Shown: piece after piece, positions 24,323-37,682 of the stretch | Layout of the letters: every line of letters begins with the position of its first letter | How positions within the stretch are numbered: the stretch's first letter is position 1 | NCBI GenBank assembly: GCA_028826165.1 | Contig: JAPDFW010000060.1 | Coordinates: 124,001-188,000 of the forward strand | Direction of reading: 5' to 3' | Origin: Anaeramoeba ignava BMAN | Lineage: Eukaryota > Protista > Anaeramoebae | Length of the DNA stretch: 64,000 bases | Position numbers and translations under genes: made by a program | The notes under the pieces: model-generated | Database searches by the model: none | What the model was told of the DNA's origin: nothing | The model's input: the letters and a program-made list of their open reading frames with translations, nothing else

Positions 24323-25488
24323 TCAACAACATTTTTTTTGAGATTTAGATTTATTTTTATCATTTGGATCTTTTTCATTTTGTAAAATAATATTATTATT
24401 TGAATTTTCTTCTTCTTTTTTTAAATAATGTTTTGGTTGATTTTCTGTAAATCTTTTTGCAATTTCATAAAATAATTCATTAACATTTGTTCCATCTTTT
24501 GCACTTGTTTTAAAAAATATAAATTTATCACCATTTAAAATTTCCTTTTATATTTAATTTTTAAAATTAAAATGAAAGAAGAAAATTTTTAATTTTTTTT
24601 TGTTCCACTTTTTTTTTTTAAAATTAAAATTAAAATTAAAATTAAATTTAAAATTTTTTTACTTTTATTTTTTCTTCAACATTTTCAAGTTGTTCTTCAA
24701 TAAGATCACTTTTATTTCCAACAATAACAATTAAAGGATTTGTTCTACAATTATTTTCAATTTCATTTAAAAAATCATCAATTTTATTTAAACTTTCTTC
24801 TTTTGTTAAATCAAAAACAATCAAAATAATATCAGCATTTCTTTATAATTTTTCAATTTATAAATTTATAAATTTTTTTTTAATAAAATGAATTATTTTG
24901 ATTTAAATTTAGAATTTACTTGTAAACTGAAGATGAAAATGAAATTGAATTTCTGTATATTTCTTGGCCTGCAGTATCCCACTTTGTTTTAAAAATTAAA
25001 TAATTAAAAATTTAAAATTCAAAATTTAATAAAAAATAATTTAATTTTAATTTAAATTTAAATTTATTTACAATTTGAAGTCTAACTATTTTTCCATCAA
25101 TTTCAATATCTTTTGTTTTCTTTTAATTTTAATTATTTTATTTTAATTATTTTATTTTTTAAATTTAATTTTAAAAAAATTTTCATTTTAAAAATTTAAA
25201 TTTGTTTTTGATAATAAAATATTATTTACAAAATCAATTCCAATTGTGGTTTGCTTGCTAACAGTAAAATTATCATCCTTTTTTTTTAATGATTTTGTTA
25301 TTAAATTTTGATTTTTTAAATGGAAAAAAAAACAGGAAAAAAAATGTTTAATTTTCTGATTTTTTTTTCTTTAAAAAAGAAATTTAAATAAATTAATTAA
25401 TAAATACAACATATCTTATCATTAAACTTGTTTTTCCAACATTTGCACTTCCAATGATTACAATTTTAAATAAATAATCAAAACTCAT
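24323..25488 (-). CDS. Rab1-derived GTPase, copy 4, 6 exons
   Basis: GSANVGKT|DDNFTVSKQTTIGIDF|...|WDTAGQEIYRNSISFSSSVYK|...|...QKKCC*. Confidence 0.9.
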
Positions 25489-25681
25489 TTTTTTAAAAAA
25501 AAAGGAAAAAAAATGAAAAAAATGAAAAATTATTTTTTAATTTTTATTAATAAATTTTTTATTCCACTTTTTTATTTATATTTGATTTATTTTGAAATTA
25601 AATTCTTTTCAATAAAAAAAATTCAATAAAAAAATTCAATAAATTTTTATTTGATTGTTTGTTTTTTTAAAGGAAATAATT

Positions 25682-26834
25682 TCAACAACATTTTTTTTGA
25701 GATTTAGATTTATTTTTATCATTTGAATCTTTTGCATCTTGTAAAATAATATTATTTGAATTTTCTTCTTCTTTTTTTAAATAATGTTTTGGTTGATTTT
25801 CTTTAAATTTTTTTGCAATTTCATAAAATAATTCATTAACATTTGTTCCATCTTTTGCACTTGTTTTAAAAAATATAAATTTATCACCATTTAAAATTTC
25901 CTTTTATATTTAATTTTTAAAATTAAAATGAAAGAAGAAAATTTTTAATTTTTTTTTGTTCCACTTTTTTTTTTTAAAATTAAAATTAAAATTAAATTTA
26001 AAATTTTTTTACTTTTATTTTTTCTTCAACATTTTCAAGTTGTTCTTCAATAAGATCACTTTTATTTCCAACAATAACAATTAAAGGATTTGTTCTACAA
26101 TTATTTTCAATTTCATTTAAAAAATATTCAATTTTATATAAACTTTCTTCTTTTGTTAAATCAAAAACAACCAAAATAATATCAGCATTTCTTTATAATT
26201 TTTCAATTTATAAATTTATAAATTTTTTTTAATAAAATGAATTATTTTGATTTAAATTTATAATTTACTTGTAAACTGAAGATGAAAATGAAATTGAATT
26301 TCTGTATATTTCTTGACCTGCAGTATCCCACTTTTTTTTAAAAATTAAATAATTAAAAATTTAAAATTTAATAAAAAATATTTTAATTTTAATTTAAATT
26401 TAAATTTATTTACAATTTGAAGTCTAACTATTTTTCCATCAATTTCAGTATCTTTTGTTCTCTTTTTATTTTCAATTTTAATTATTTTATTTTTTAATTT
26501 TTTAAATTTAATTTTAAAAAAATTTTCATTTTAAAAATTTAAATTTGTTTTTGATAATAAAATATTATTTACAAAATCAATTCCAATTGTGGTTTCTTTG
26601 ATAAAAATAAAATTATTATCCTTTTTTTTAATGATTTTGTTATTAAATTTTGATTTTTTAAATGGAAAAAAAACATAAAAAAAAAGGAAAAAAATGTTTA
26701 ATTTTCTGATTTTTCTTTAAAAAAGAAATTTAAATAAATTAATTAATAAATACAACATATCTTATTATTAAACTTGTTTTTCCAACATTTGAATTTCCAA
26801 TAAGTATAATTTTAAACATATAATCAAAACTCAT
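25682..26834 (-). CDS. Rab1-derived GTPase, copy 5, 6 exons
   Basis: GNSNVGKT|DNNFIFIKETTIGIDF|...|WDTAGQEIYRNSISFSSSVYK|...|...QKKCC*. Confidence 0.9.
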
Positions 26835-27027
26835 TCTTTTAAAAAAAAAGGAAAAAAAAATGAAAAAAATGAAAAATTATTTTTTAATTTTTTTTAATAA
26901 ATTTTTCATTCCACTTTTTTATTTATATTTGATTTATTTTGAAATTAAATTCTTTTCAATAAAAAAAATTCAATAAAAAAATTCAATAAATTTTTATTTG
27001 ATTGTTTTTTTTTTAAAGGAAATAATT

Positions 27028-28076
27028 TTAACAACATTTGATTTGAGGTTGAGGTTTATTTGTATCATTTGGATTTTCTGCATTTTGTAAAGTAATAATA
27101 TTTGAATTTTCTTCTTCTTTTTTTGGATTGTTTGGTTGACTTTCTTCTGTAAGTTTTTTTGCAATTTCATAAAATAATTCATTAACATTTGTTCCATCTT
27201 TTGCACTTGTTTTTACAAATTTGAATTCTCTTCCTTTTAAAATTTCCTTTTAAAATTTTGTATTTGAATAAAAAATAAAATTGAATAAATTGAATAATAA
27301 ATTAAATAGTTTTTTATCTCTTTTTTTTTAAATTGATTTTTTTTGTTCCACTTTTTTTTTAAATTTAAAATTAAAATTTTTTTTACATTTATTCTTTCTT
27401 CAACATTTCCATTTTCTTTTTCAATAAGATCACTTTTATTTCCAACAATAACAATTAAAGGATTTGTTCTACAATTATTTTCAATTTCATTTAAATAAGA
27501 ACCAATTTTATTTAAACTTTTTTCTTCTGTTAAATCAAAAACAATCATAAAAATATCAGCATTTCTTTATAATTTTTAAATTTATAAATTTATAAATTTT
27601 TTTTAATAAAATGAATTATTTTGATTTAAATTTATAATTTACTTGTAAATTGAAGATGAGAATGAAATTGAATTTCTGTATATTTCTTGACCTGCAGTAT
27701 CCCACTTTTTTAAAAAAATTAATTAAAAATTTTTCACTTTTTTTAATTTAAATTTTTTAATTTTATTTACAATTTGAAGTCTAACTATTTTTCCTTCAAT
27801 TTCAACATCTTTTGTTTTCTTTTAATTTTAAATTTTAATTAATTTTAATTTTAATTTTATATAATAAAGAATTGTTTACAAAATCAATTCCAATTGTGGT
27901 TTTTTTGCTAAAAATAAAATCGTCATCCTTTTTTTTTAATGATTTTGTTAATAAATTTGATTTTTTAATTAATAAATAAATTAATAAATAAATACAATAT
28001 ATCTTTTAATTAAACTCGTTTTTCCAACGTTTGCACTCCCAATAATTACAACTTTAAATAAATGATCAAAACTCAT
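27028..28076 (-). CDS. Rab1-derived GTPase, copy 6, 6 exons
   Basis: GSANVGKT|DDDFIFSKKTTIGIDF|...|WDTAGQEIYRNSISFSSSIYK|...|...PQIKCC*. Confidence 0.9.
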
Positions 28077-28151
28077 TCTTTTAAAAAAAAAGGAAAAAAA
28101 AGGAAAAAAATGAAAAAATTATTTTAATTTTTATTTATTAATTCTTAAATT

Positions 28152-29188
28152 TCAACAACATTGATTTTGAGGTTTAGATTCATTTGTATTTTTTAAATTT
28201 TCTATATTTTTTAAACCAAAATTTTCTTTTTCTTTTTTTAAATGATGTTTTGGTTGAGTTTCTTTAAATGTTTTTGCAATTTCATAAAATAATTCATTAA
28301 CATTTGTTCCATCTTTTGCACTTGTTTTAAATAATTTCAATTCTCTTCCTTTTAAAATTTCCTTTTAAAATTTTGTATTTGAATAAAAAATAAAATTGAA
28401 TAAATTGAATAATAAATTAAATAGTTTTTTTATCTCTTTTTTTTTAAATTGATTTTTTTTGTTCCACTTTTTTTTTAAATTTAAAATTAAAATTTTTTTT
28501 ACATTTATTCTTTCTTCAACATTTCCATTTTCTTTTTCAATAAGATCACTTTTATTTCCAACAATAACAATTAAAGGATCTATTCTGCAATTATTTTCAA
28601 TTTCATTTAAATTAGAACCAATTTTATTTAAACTTTCTTCATTCATTAAATCAAAAACAACTATAAAAATATCTGCATTTCTTTTTGATTTTTCAATTTG
28701 ATTTTTTAAATATAATTTTTTTCAATTTAAATTATTTTGATTTAAATTTGAAATTTACTTATAAATTGAAGATGAGAATGAAATTTGAAATTTTTCTTGA
28801 CCTGCAGTATCCCACTTTTTTAAAAAAATTGATTAAAAATTTTTCACTTTTTTTTTTTAATTTTAATTTTTTTAATTTCATTTACAATTTGAAGTCTAAC
28901 TATTTTTCCTTCAATTTCAACATCTTTTGTTTTCTTTTAATTTTAAATTTTAATTAATTTTAATTTTAATTTTTATATAATAAAGAATTGTTTACAAAAT
29001 CAACTCCAATTGTTGATTTTTGGAAAGGAGTAAAAGTATCATCCTTTTTTTAATAATTATTTTATTAATAAATTTATTAATTAATTAATAAATTAAAAAT
29101 TAAATACAATATATTTTTTAATTAAACTTGTTTTTCCAACTCCTGCTGCTCCAATAAGTATAACTTTAAACATATAATCAAAACTCAT
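28152..29188 (-). CDS. Rab1-derived GTPase, copy 7, 6 exons
   Basis: GAAGVGKT|DDTFTPFQKSTIGVDF|...|WDTAGQEKFQISFSSSIYK|...|...PQNQCC*. Confidence 0.9.
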
Positions 29189-29344
29189 TTTTTTAAAAAA
29201 AAGGAAAAAAATGAAAAATTAAAAATTCAAAATTCAAAATTTTTTATTCCATTTTTTTTGATTATTTATTTTTCAATTTAATAAATTAAATCCTTTTAAA
29301 AAAAAAAACCTCTTTTTTACTTTGTTTTTAAATATTATTTTTTT

Positions 29345-30443
29345 TTAACAACATTTTTTAGATTTAGAATTTTGTCTTTCAGGATTTTCAAAAACAATAT
29401 CTTCCAAAACAATGTTTTCTGAATCATTATTTTCGAAATCATTATTTTCGAAATCAATATTTGCAATTAAATGATGTTTTGGTTGATTTTCTTTAAATGT
29501 TTTTGCAATTTCATAAAATAATTCATTAACATTTGTTCCATCTTTTGCACTTGTTTTAAATAATTTCAATTCTCTTCCTTTTAAAATTTCCTTTTAAAGT
29601 TTTGTATTTGAATAAAAAATAAAATTGAATAAATTGAATAATAAATTAAATAGTTTTTTATCTCTTTTTTTTTAATTTGATTTTTTTTGTTCCACTTTTT
29701 TTTTAAATTTAAAATTAAAATTTTTTTTACATTTATTCTTTCTTCAACATTTTCAATTTGTTCTTCAATAAGATCACTTTTATTTCCAACAATAGCAATT
29801 AAAGGATTTGCTCTAGTATTATTTTCAATTTCTTTTAAATAAGAACCAATTTTATTTAAACTTTCTTCATTCGTTAAATCAAAAACAACAATATCAATAT
29901 CTGCATTTCTTTTTATTTTTTAAATATAATTTTTTTCAATTTAAATTATTTTGATTTAAATTTGAAATTTACTTATAAATTGAAGATGAGAATGAAATTT
30001 GAAATCTTTCTTGACCTGCAGTATCCCACTTTTTTAAAAAAATTGATTAAAAATTTTTCACTTTTTTTTTTTAATTTAAATTTTCATTTACAATTTGAAG
30101 TCTAACTATTTTTCCTTCAATTTCAACATCTTTTGTTTTCTTTTAATTTTAAATTTTAAATTTTAAATTTAAATTAACAAAAAAAAAAAGCAAAAATATT
30201 TTCCGTTTTTTAATTTTTATATAATAAAGAATTGTTTACAAAATCAACTCCAATTGTTGATTGGCAATTAAAATTAAAAGTATTATCCTTTTTTTTATAA
30301 TTAATTAATAACAAAAATAAAAGAAATTAAACTTTAATAAATAAATTAAAATAAATAAATACAACATATCGATCAATTAAACTTGTTTTTCCAACTCCTG
30401 CTGCTCCAATAATTACAATTTTAAACATAAAATGAAAACTCAT
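29345..30443 (-). CDS. Rab1-derived GTPase, copy 8, 6 exons
   Basis: GAAGVGKT|DNTFNFNCQSTIGVDF|...|WDTAGQERFQISFSSSIYK|...|...SKKCC*. Confidence 0.9.
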
Positions 30444-30553
30444 TTTTTTAAAAAGAAAAGAAAAAATGAAAAATAAATTTTCGAAATTTTTTTTATTCCA
30501 ATTTTTTATTTTAATAAAATAATAATAATAATAATAAATTTCTTTTTTTTTTT

Positions 30554-32280
30554 TCAACAACATTTTTTTTTAGATTTAGAATTTTGATTATCAGAATCTT
30601 TTAAAACAATAGTTTTAGATTGTTGATTTTGTGGTTGATTTTCTTTAAGTTCTTTTGCAATATCAAAAAATAATTCATTAACATTTGTTCCTTCTTTTGC
30701 ACTTGTTTTAACAAATTTGAATTCTCTTTCTTTTAAAAGATCCTTTTATAAATATAAATATAAAAATAAATTTAAATTTAAATATAAATATTTTATATAA
30801 ATATAAATTTAAATATTTTTTCTACTTCAATTTTTTGTTCAACATCTTCAATTTGATTTTCAAGATCACTTTTATTTCCAACAATAGCAAATAAAGGATC
30901 TTTTTTAGAATTATTTTCAATTCCTTTTATAAAATCATCAACTTTGCTTAAAGAATCTTCATATGTTAAATCAAAAACAATTATAACAACATCTGCATTT
31001 CTTTTTGATTTTTAATTTTTAAATATAATTTATTTCAATTTAAATTTGAAATTTACTTATAAATTGAAGATGAGAATGAAATTTGATATTTTTCTTGACC
31101 TGCAGTATCCCACTATTAAATTAATTTTAATTTTAATTTTGATTTTGATTTTGATTTTGATTTTGATTTTAATTTTGATTTTGAATTTAATTTTGATTTT
31201 GATTTTAATTTTGATTTTAATTTTGATATTAATTTTAATTTTTGATTTTGATTTTAATTTTAATTTTAATTTTCATTTTAATTTTAATTTTAATTTTAAA
31301 TTAATTTTGATTTTAATTTGAATTTTAATTTTAATTTTAATTTTGATTTTGATTTTGATTTAAATTTTAATTCTAATTTTAATTCTAATTTTAATTTTAA
31401 TTTTGATTTTAATTTTAATTTTAATTTTAATTTTGATTTAAATTTTAATTTTGATTTTAATTTTAATTTTAATTTTGATTTTTAATTTTAATTTTGATTT
31501 TGATTTTGATTTTGATTTTAATTTTAATTTTAATTTTAATTTTAATTTTGATTTTGATTTAATTTTGATTTTGATTTAAATTTTAAATTTAAATTTAATT
31601 TTAATTTTGATTTTAATTTTAATTTTGATTTTAATTTTTGATTTTGATTTTGATTTTAATTTTAATTTTAATTTTGATTTTTAATTTTAATTTTGATTTA
31701 AATTTTAATTTTGATTTTAATTTTGATTTTAATTTTGATTTTAATTTTAATTTTGATTTTAATTTTGATTTTAATTTTAATTTTAATTTTAATTTAATTT
31801 TAATTTAAATTTTAATTAAATTTTGATTTTGATTTTAATTTTTGAGAAATAGTTTGTTTTTTCTTTTACAATTTGAAGCCTAGTTTTTTTATCATCCATT
31901 TGAATATCTTTTGTTTTCTAATTAATTTTTTTGTTATTTCATTTTTAAAAAGAAAAAATTAATAAAAAAAAAAGCAAAAAAAATTTAGTTTATTTTTTAA
32001 TAATAAAAATAATTTACAAAATCAAGTCCAATAGTTGTAGTGCTATCATGAACAAAAACATTATCCTTTTTTATTATTATTTTTATATTTTTACATTTTT
32101 AACGAAAAAAGAAGAAAATATTATTTTAATTTGATTGTAAAATTTCGAAAAAGAAAATTTGAATTAAATTTGAATTAAAATTAATTAATAAATAAATACA
32201 ACATATCGATTAATTAAACTTGTTTTTCCAACTCCTGCTGCTCCAACAAGAACAACTTTAAAAAGAAAATCAAAACTCAT
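30554..32280 (-). CDS. Rab1-derived GTPase, copy 9, 6 exons (intron 3 expanded by TTTTRA repeat, ~31120-31845)
   Basis: GAAGVGKT|DNVFVHDSTTTIGLDF|...|WDTAGQEKYQISFSSSIYK|...|...KKKCC*. Confidence 0.9.
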
Positions 32281-32481
32281 TTTTGAAAAATTAAATGAAA
32301 AAAAAAGAAATGAAAAAAAAATGAAAAAACTTTTTTTTGATTTCAAAAATATTTTTTCCTTTTCAAAAAAAAAAAAAAAAGTGGAATAAAAAATAATTTG
32401 ATTTTTCTTTAATTTTTTCAATATAAATTGTCTTCAATTTCTTTAAATTTTTTTTTCACAAATTCCAATTCCTTTTTTTTT

Positions 32482-34186
32482 CTATTTGTTTTTATAAAGA
32501 CTGAAAACTGGAGGTTTGAATTTGAATGTTAAATTGTGAGAATTTGAAGATGTTGTTATTTTTAAATCTCCATTTTCTAAAATAGTTATATTTGTTTCTT
32601 TTTCTTTTAATTTTTCTTTTAATTTTTCTTTTTCTTTTTCTTTTTCTTTTTCTTTTTCTTTTTCTTTTTCTTTTTCTTTTTCTTTTTTTTTTGAACGAAA
32701 AGGATTTCTAAATTGGAATCCTCTTCTTGGTTTAGATTTATTTGTATCATTTGAATCTTCTGCATCTTCCAAAATAATGATTTGTGAATTATCTTGTTCA
32801 ATTTTTGGTTGATTTTCTTTAAGTTTTTTTGCAATAAATTCAAATAATTCATTAACATTTGTTCCATCTTTTGCACTTGTTTTTACAAATTTGAATTCTT
32901 TTCCTTTTAAAATTTCCTTTTAAAATTTTGTATTTGAATAAAAAATAAATTGAGTAAATTGAATAATAAATTAAATAGTTTTTTATCTCTTTTTTTTTAA
33001 ATTGATTTTTTTTGTTCCACTTTTTTTTTAAATTAAATTTTTATAAATAAATTTTTAATTAAATTTACTTTGATTTTTTCTTCAATATTTTCAATTTGAT
33101 CTTCAATAAGATCACATTTATTTCCAACAATAACAATTAAAGGTTCTGTTCTGAAGTTATATTCAATTTCTTCTATAAAATCATCAACTTCTTTAAGAGT
33201 ACCTTCAACTGTTAAATCAAAAACAATTATAAAACAACCTGTATTTCTTTTTAATTTTGATTTTAATTTTAATTTTGATTTTGATTTTGATTTTGATTTT
33301 TAATTTGAATTTGAATTTGATTTTGAATTTGATTTTAATTTTGATTTTGATTTTAATTTTGATTTTGATTTTGATTTTAATTTTAATTTATATTTTGATT
33401 TTGATTTTAAATTTGATTTTGATTTTGATTTTAATTTTAATTTTGATTTTAATTTTGATTTTTATTTTGATTTTGATTTTAATTTTGATTTTAATTTTGA
33501 TTTTAATTTTAATTTTGATTTTTATTTTGATTTTTATTTTGATTTTGATTTTGATTTTGATTTTGATTTTGATTTTTATTTTGATTTTGATTTTGATTTT
33601 AAATTTGAATTTGAAATAGATTTACTTATAAATTGAAGAAGTAAACGGAATTCTATAAGCTTTTGAACCTGAAGTATCCCACTTTAAATTAAAATTAAAA
33701 TTCATTTATAAAATTAAAATTAAAATTAAAATAAATTAATTTATAAAATTTAATTAGAAAGAAAAATATAAATTTATTTACAATTTGAAGTCGAACTTTT
33801 TTATTATCAATTTCTAAATCTTTGGATATCTATTTATTTTTGTATTTAAATTGGAAAAAAATTTTTTGTTATAAATTTTGGAATTAATTTATAAATTTAT
33901 TTTCAAAATTATTTCAGAATTTAATTAATTAATTTTAAATTATTTATTTACAAAATCAACTCCAATATTTCTAGGTCTAAAAGCTTCAAACATTCCATCC
34001 TATTTTTTAAATTAATTTTATTAATTAAAAATTGAATAAATTATTTTTTAAATTTGTAAATTAATTAATTAATAAAATAATAAAAGAAATAAAATAAATA
34101 TTTACAACATAGCGATCAATTAAATTTGTTTTTCCAACTCCTGCTGCTCCAACAAGAACAACTTTAAAAAGAAAATCAAAAGTCAT
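32482..34186 (-). CDS. Rab1-derived GTPase, copy 10: atypical (G2 T>N, G3 DTSGSK, no C-terminal Cys)
   Basis: GAAGVGKTN|DGMFEAFRPRNIGVDF|...|WDTSGSKAYRIPFTSSIYK|...GNKCD|...TSAK...(KE)n...FKFKPPVFSLYKNK*. Confidence 0.88.
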
Positions 34187-34305
34187 AATAGAAAACAAAA
34201 TGAAAGAAAAATAAAATGAAAAAAAAAATGAAAAAAGTTTTTTTTCCGATTTTGATTTTATTTTTTGGTTTTAAAAATAAAAATAAAAGAAAAATAAACC
34301 AATTT

Positions 34306-35998
34306 TTAACAACATCCTTGTTTTTTTTGTTTTATTTGTATTAAATCTGAATTTTTAATAACTTTTGATTGACTTAAATTATTTTCATTTTGATCTAAAC
34401 CAGTATTAATTTTTTTATGATGAAGATGTTTATTAACTTCATTTTTTTCTTTAAGTTCTTTTGCAATTCCATAAAATAATTCATTAACATTTGTTCCATC
34501 TTTTGCACTTGTTTTAAAAAATCTCAATTCTTTTCCTTTTAAAATTTCCTTTTGAAATTTTGTATTTGAATAAAAAATAAAATTAAATAAATTGAATATT
34601 AAATTAAATATTTTTTTATATTTTTGTTTTTAAATTGATTTTTTTTGTTCCACTTTTTTTTTAAATTAAATTTTTATAAATAAATTTTTAATTAAATTTA
34701 CTTTGATTTTTTCTTCAATATTTTCAATTTGATCTTCAATAAGATCACATTTATTTCCAGCAATAACAATTAAAGGTTCTGTTCTGCATTTATTTTCAAT
34801 TTCTTTTATATAATAATCAACTTCTTTAAGAGTACCTTCAACTGTTAAATCAAAAACAATTATTGCTATATCTGTATTTCTTTTTGATTTTGATTATGAT
34901 TTTGATTTTGATTTTGATTTTTGATTTTTGATTTTGATTTTAATTTTGATTTTGATTATGATTTTGATTTTAATTTTAATTTTGATTTTAATTTTAATTT
35001 TGATTTTGATTTTAATTTTAATTTTAATTTTAATTTTGATTTTGATTTTAATTTATTTTGATTTTAATTTTGATTTTTATTTTGATTTTAATTTTAATTT
35101 TAATTTTAATTTTGATTTTGATTTTAATTTATTTTGATTTTAATTTTGATTTTGATTTTGATTTTGATTTTGATTTTGATTTTGATTTTGATTTTGATTT
35201 TTATTTTGATTTTGATTTTGATTTTGATTTTAATTTTGATTTTGATTTTATTTTGATTTTGATTTTGAATTTGAATTTTAATTTTAATTTTGATTTTAAT
35301 TTTGATTTTGATTTTGATTTTAATTTTGATTTTGATTTTGATATTTTGATTTTGATTTTGATTTTGATTTTGATTTTAATTTTGATTTTGATTTTAATTT
35401 TGATTTTGATTTTAATTTTGATTTTGATTTTAATTTTAATTTTGATTTTGATTTTGATTTTAAATTTGAATTTGAAATAGATTTACTTATAAATTGAAGA
35501 AGTAAGTGGATTCCGATATTGTTCTTCACCTGCAGTATCCCACTTTAAATTAAAATTAAAATTAATTTATAAAATTAAAATTAATTTATAAAATTAAAAT
35601 TTAATTAGAAAGAAAAATATAAATTTATTTACAATTTCAAGTCGAACTTTTTTATTATCAATTTTTAAATCTTTGTATTTCTATTTATTTTTGTATTTAA
35701 ATTGGAAAAAAATTTTTTGTTATAAATTTCAGAATTTAATTAATTAATTTTAAATTATTTATTTACAAAATCAACTCCAACAGTTGTAGGTCTAAAAGCT
35801 TCATAGATTCCATCCTATTTTTTAAATTAATTTTATTAATTAAAAATTGAATAAATTATTTTTTAAATTTGTAAATTAATTAATTAATAAAATAAAAGAA
35901 ATAAAATAAATATTTACAATATATTTAATAATTAAACTTGTTTTTCCAACTCTTGGGCTTCCAATAAGAACAACTTTAAAATTAAAATCAAAACTCAT
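34306..35998 (-). CDS. Rab1-derived GTPase, copy 11 (catalytic Q>E)
   Basis: GSPRVGKT|DGIYEAFRPTTVGVDF|...|WDTAGEEQYRNPLTSSIYK|...|...KQGCC*. Confidence 0.9.
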
Positions 35999-36117
35999 AA
36001 TAGAAAACAAAATGAAAGAAAAATAAAATGAAAAAAAAAATGAAAAAAGTTTTTTTTCCGATTTTGATTTTATTTTTTGGTTTTAAAAATAAAAATAAAA
36101 GAAAAATAAACCAATTT

Positions 36118-37492
36118 TTAACAACATCCTTGTTTTTTTTGTTTTTTTTGTGTTAAATCAGAATTTTTAATAACTTTTGATTGATTTAAATTATTTTCAT
36201 TTTGATCTAAACCAGTATTAATTTTTTTATGATGAAGATTTTTATTAAATTCTTTTTTTTCTTTAAGTTCTTTTGCAATAAATTCAAATAATTCATTAAC
36301 ATTTATTCCATCTTTTGCACTTGTTTTAAAAAATCTCAATTCTTTTCCTTTTAAAATTTCCTTTTGAAATTTTATATTTGAATAAAAAATAAAATTGAAT
36401 AAATTAAATAATAAATTAAATACTTTTTTATCTTTTTGTTTTTAAATTGATTTTTTTTGTTCCACTTTTTTTTTAAATTAAATTTTTATAAATAAATTTT
36501 AATTAAATTTACTTTGATTTTTTCTTCAATATTTTCAATTTGATCTTGAATAAGATCACATTTATTTCCAACAATAACAATTAAAGGTTCTATTCTGCAA
36601 TTATCATCAATTTCTTTTATATAATAATCAACTTCTTTAAGAGTACCTTCAACTGTTAAATCAAAAACAATTATTGCTGTATCTGCATTTCTTTTTGATT
36701 TTGATTTTGATTTTGATTTTGATTTTGATTTTGATTTTGATTTTGATTTTGATTTTAATTTTGATTTTGATTTTGATTTTGATTTTGATTTTAATTTTGA
36801 TTTTGAATTTGATTTTGATTTTGATTTTAAATTTGATTTTGATTTTGATTTTGATTTTGATTTTGATTTTGATTTTAATTTTGATTTTGATTTTGATTTT
36901 AATTTTGATTTATATTTTGATTTTGATTTTGATTTTGATTTAGATTTTAAATTTGAATTTGAAATAGATTGCTTATAAATTTAAAGAAATTTGGATTCCG
37001 ATATTTGTTCTTCATTCAGTATCCCACTTTAAATTAAAATTAAAATTAAAATTCATTTATAAAATTAAAATTCATTTATAAAATTAAAATTTAATTAGAA
37101 AGAAAAATATAAATTTATTTACAATTTCAAGTCGAACACTTTTATTATCAATTTCTAAATCTTTGAATTTCTATTTATTTTTGTATTTAAATTGGAAAAA
37201 AATTTTTTGTTATAAATTTCAGAATTTAATTAATTAATTAATTTTAAATTATTTATTTACAAAATCAACTCCAACAGTTGTAGGTCTAAAAGGTTTAAAC
37301 ATTTCATCCTATTTTTTAAATTAATTTTATTAATTAAAAATTGAATAAATTATTTTTTAAATTTGTAAATTAATTAATTAATAAAATAAAAGAAATAAAA
37401 TAAATATTTACAATATATCTAATAATTAAACTTGTTTTTCCAACTCTTGGAGTACCAATAAGAACAACTTTAAAATTAAAATCAAAACTCAT
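36118..37492 (-). pseudogene. Rab1-derived GTPase, copy 12; exon 4 disrupted (stop codon, frameshift, GT>GC donor)
   Basis: Exons 1-3, 5 and 6 are intact (GTPRVGKT|DEMFKPFRPTTVGVDF...QGCC*). Exon 4 reads tgg gat act gaa TGA (stop at 37012-37014), is 54 nt versus 56 in copies 11 and 13, and its donor is gcaatc. It could be a local assembly error. Confidence 0.7.
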
Positions 37493-37603
37493 AATAGAAA
37501 ATAAAATGAAAGAAAAATAAAATGAAAAAAAAAATGAAAAAGTTTTTTTCCGATTTTGATTTTATTTTTTATTAAAAAAAACAGAAAGAAAGAAAAGCAA
37601 TTT

Positions 37604-37640
37604 TCAACAACATTTGTTAATTTTTTTTTATTCGTACGTT
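37604..37640 (-). pseudogene. Orphan Rab 3' end (...KINKCC*) left from a deleted array copy
   Basis: Minus strand reads att aac aaa tgt tgt tga, followed by 3' flank similar to that of copy 14 (...VNKCC*). No upstream exons are present. Confidence 0.55.
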
Positions 37641-37682
37641 TTTTCAATTAATTTGAAAAATAAAAGAAAAATAAACCAATTT

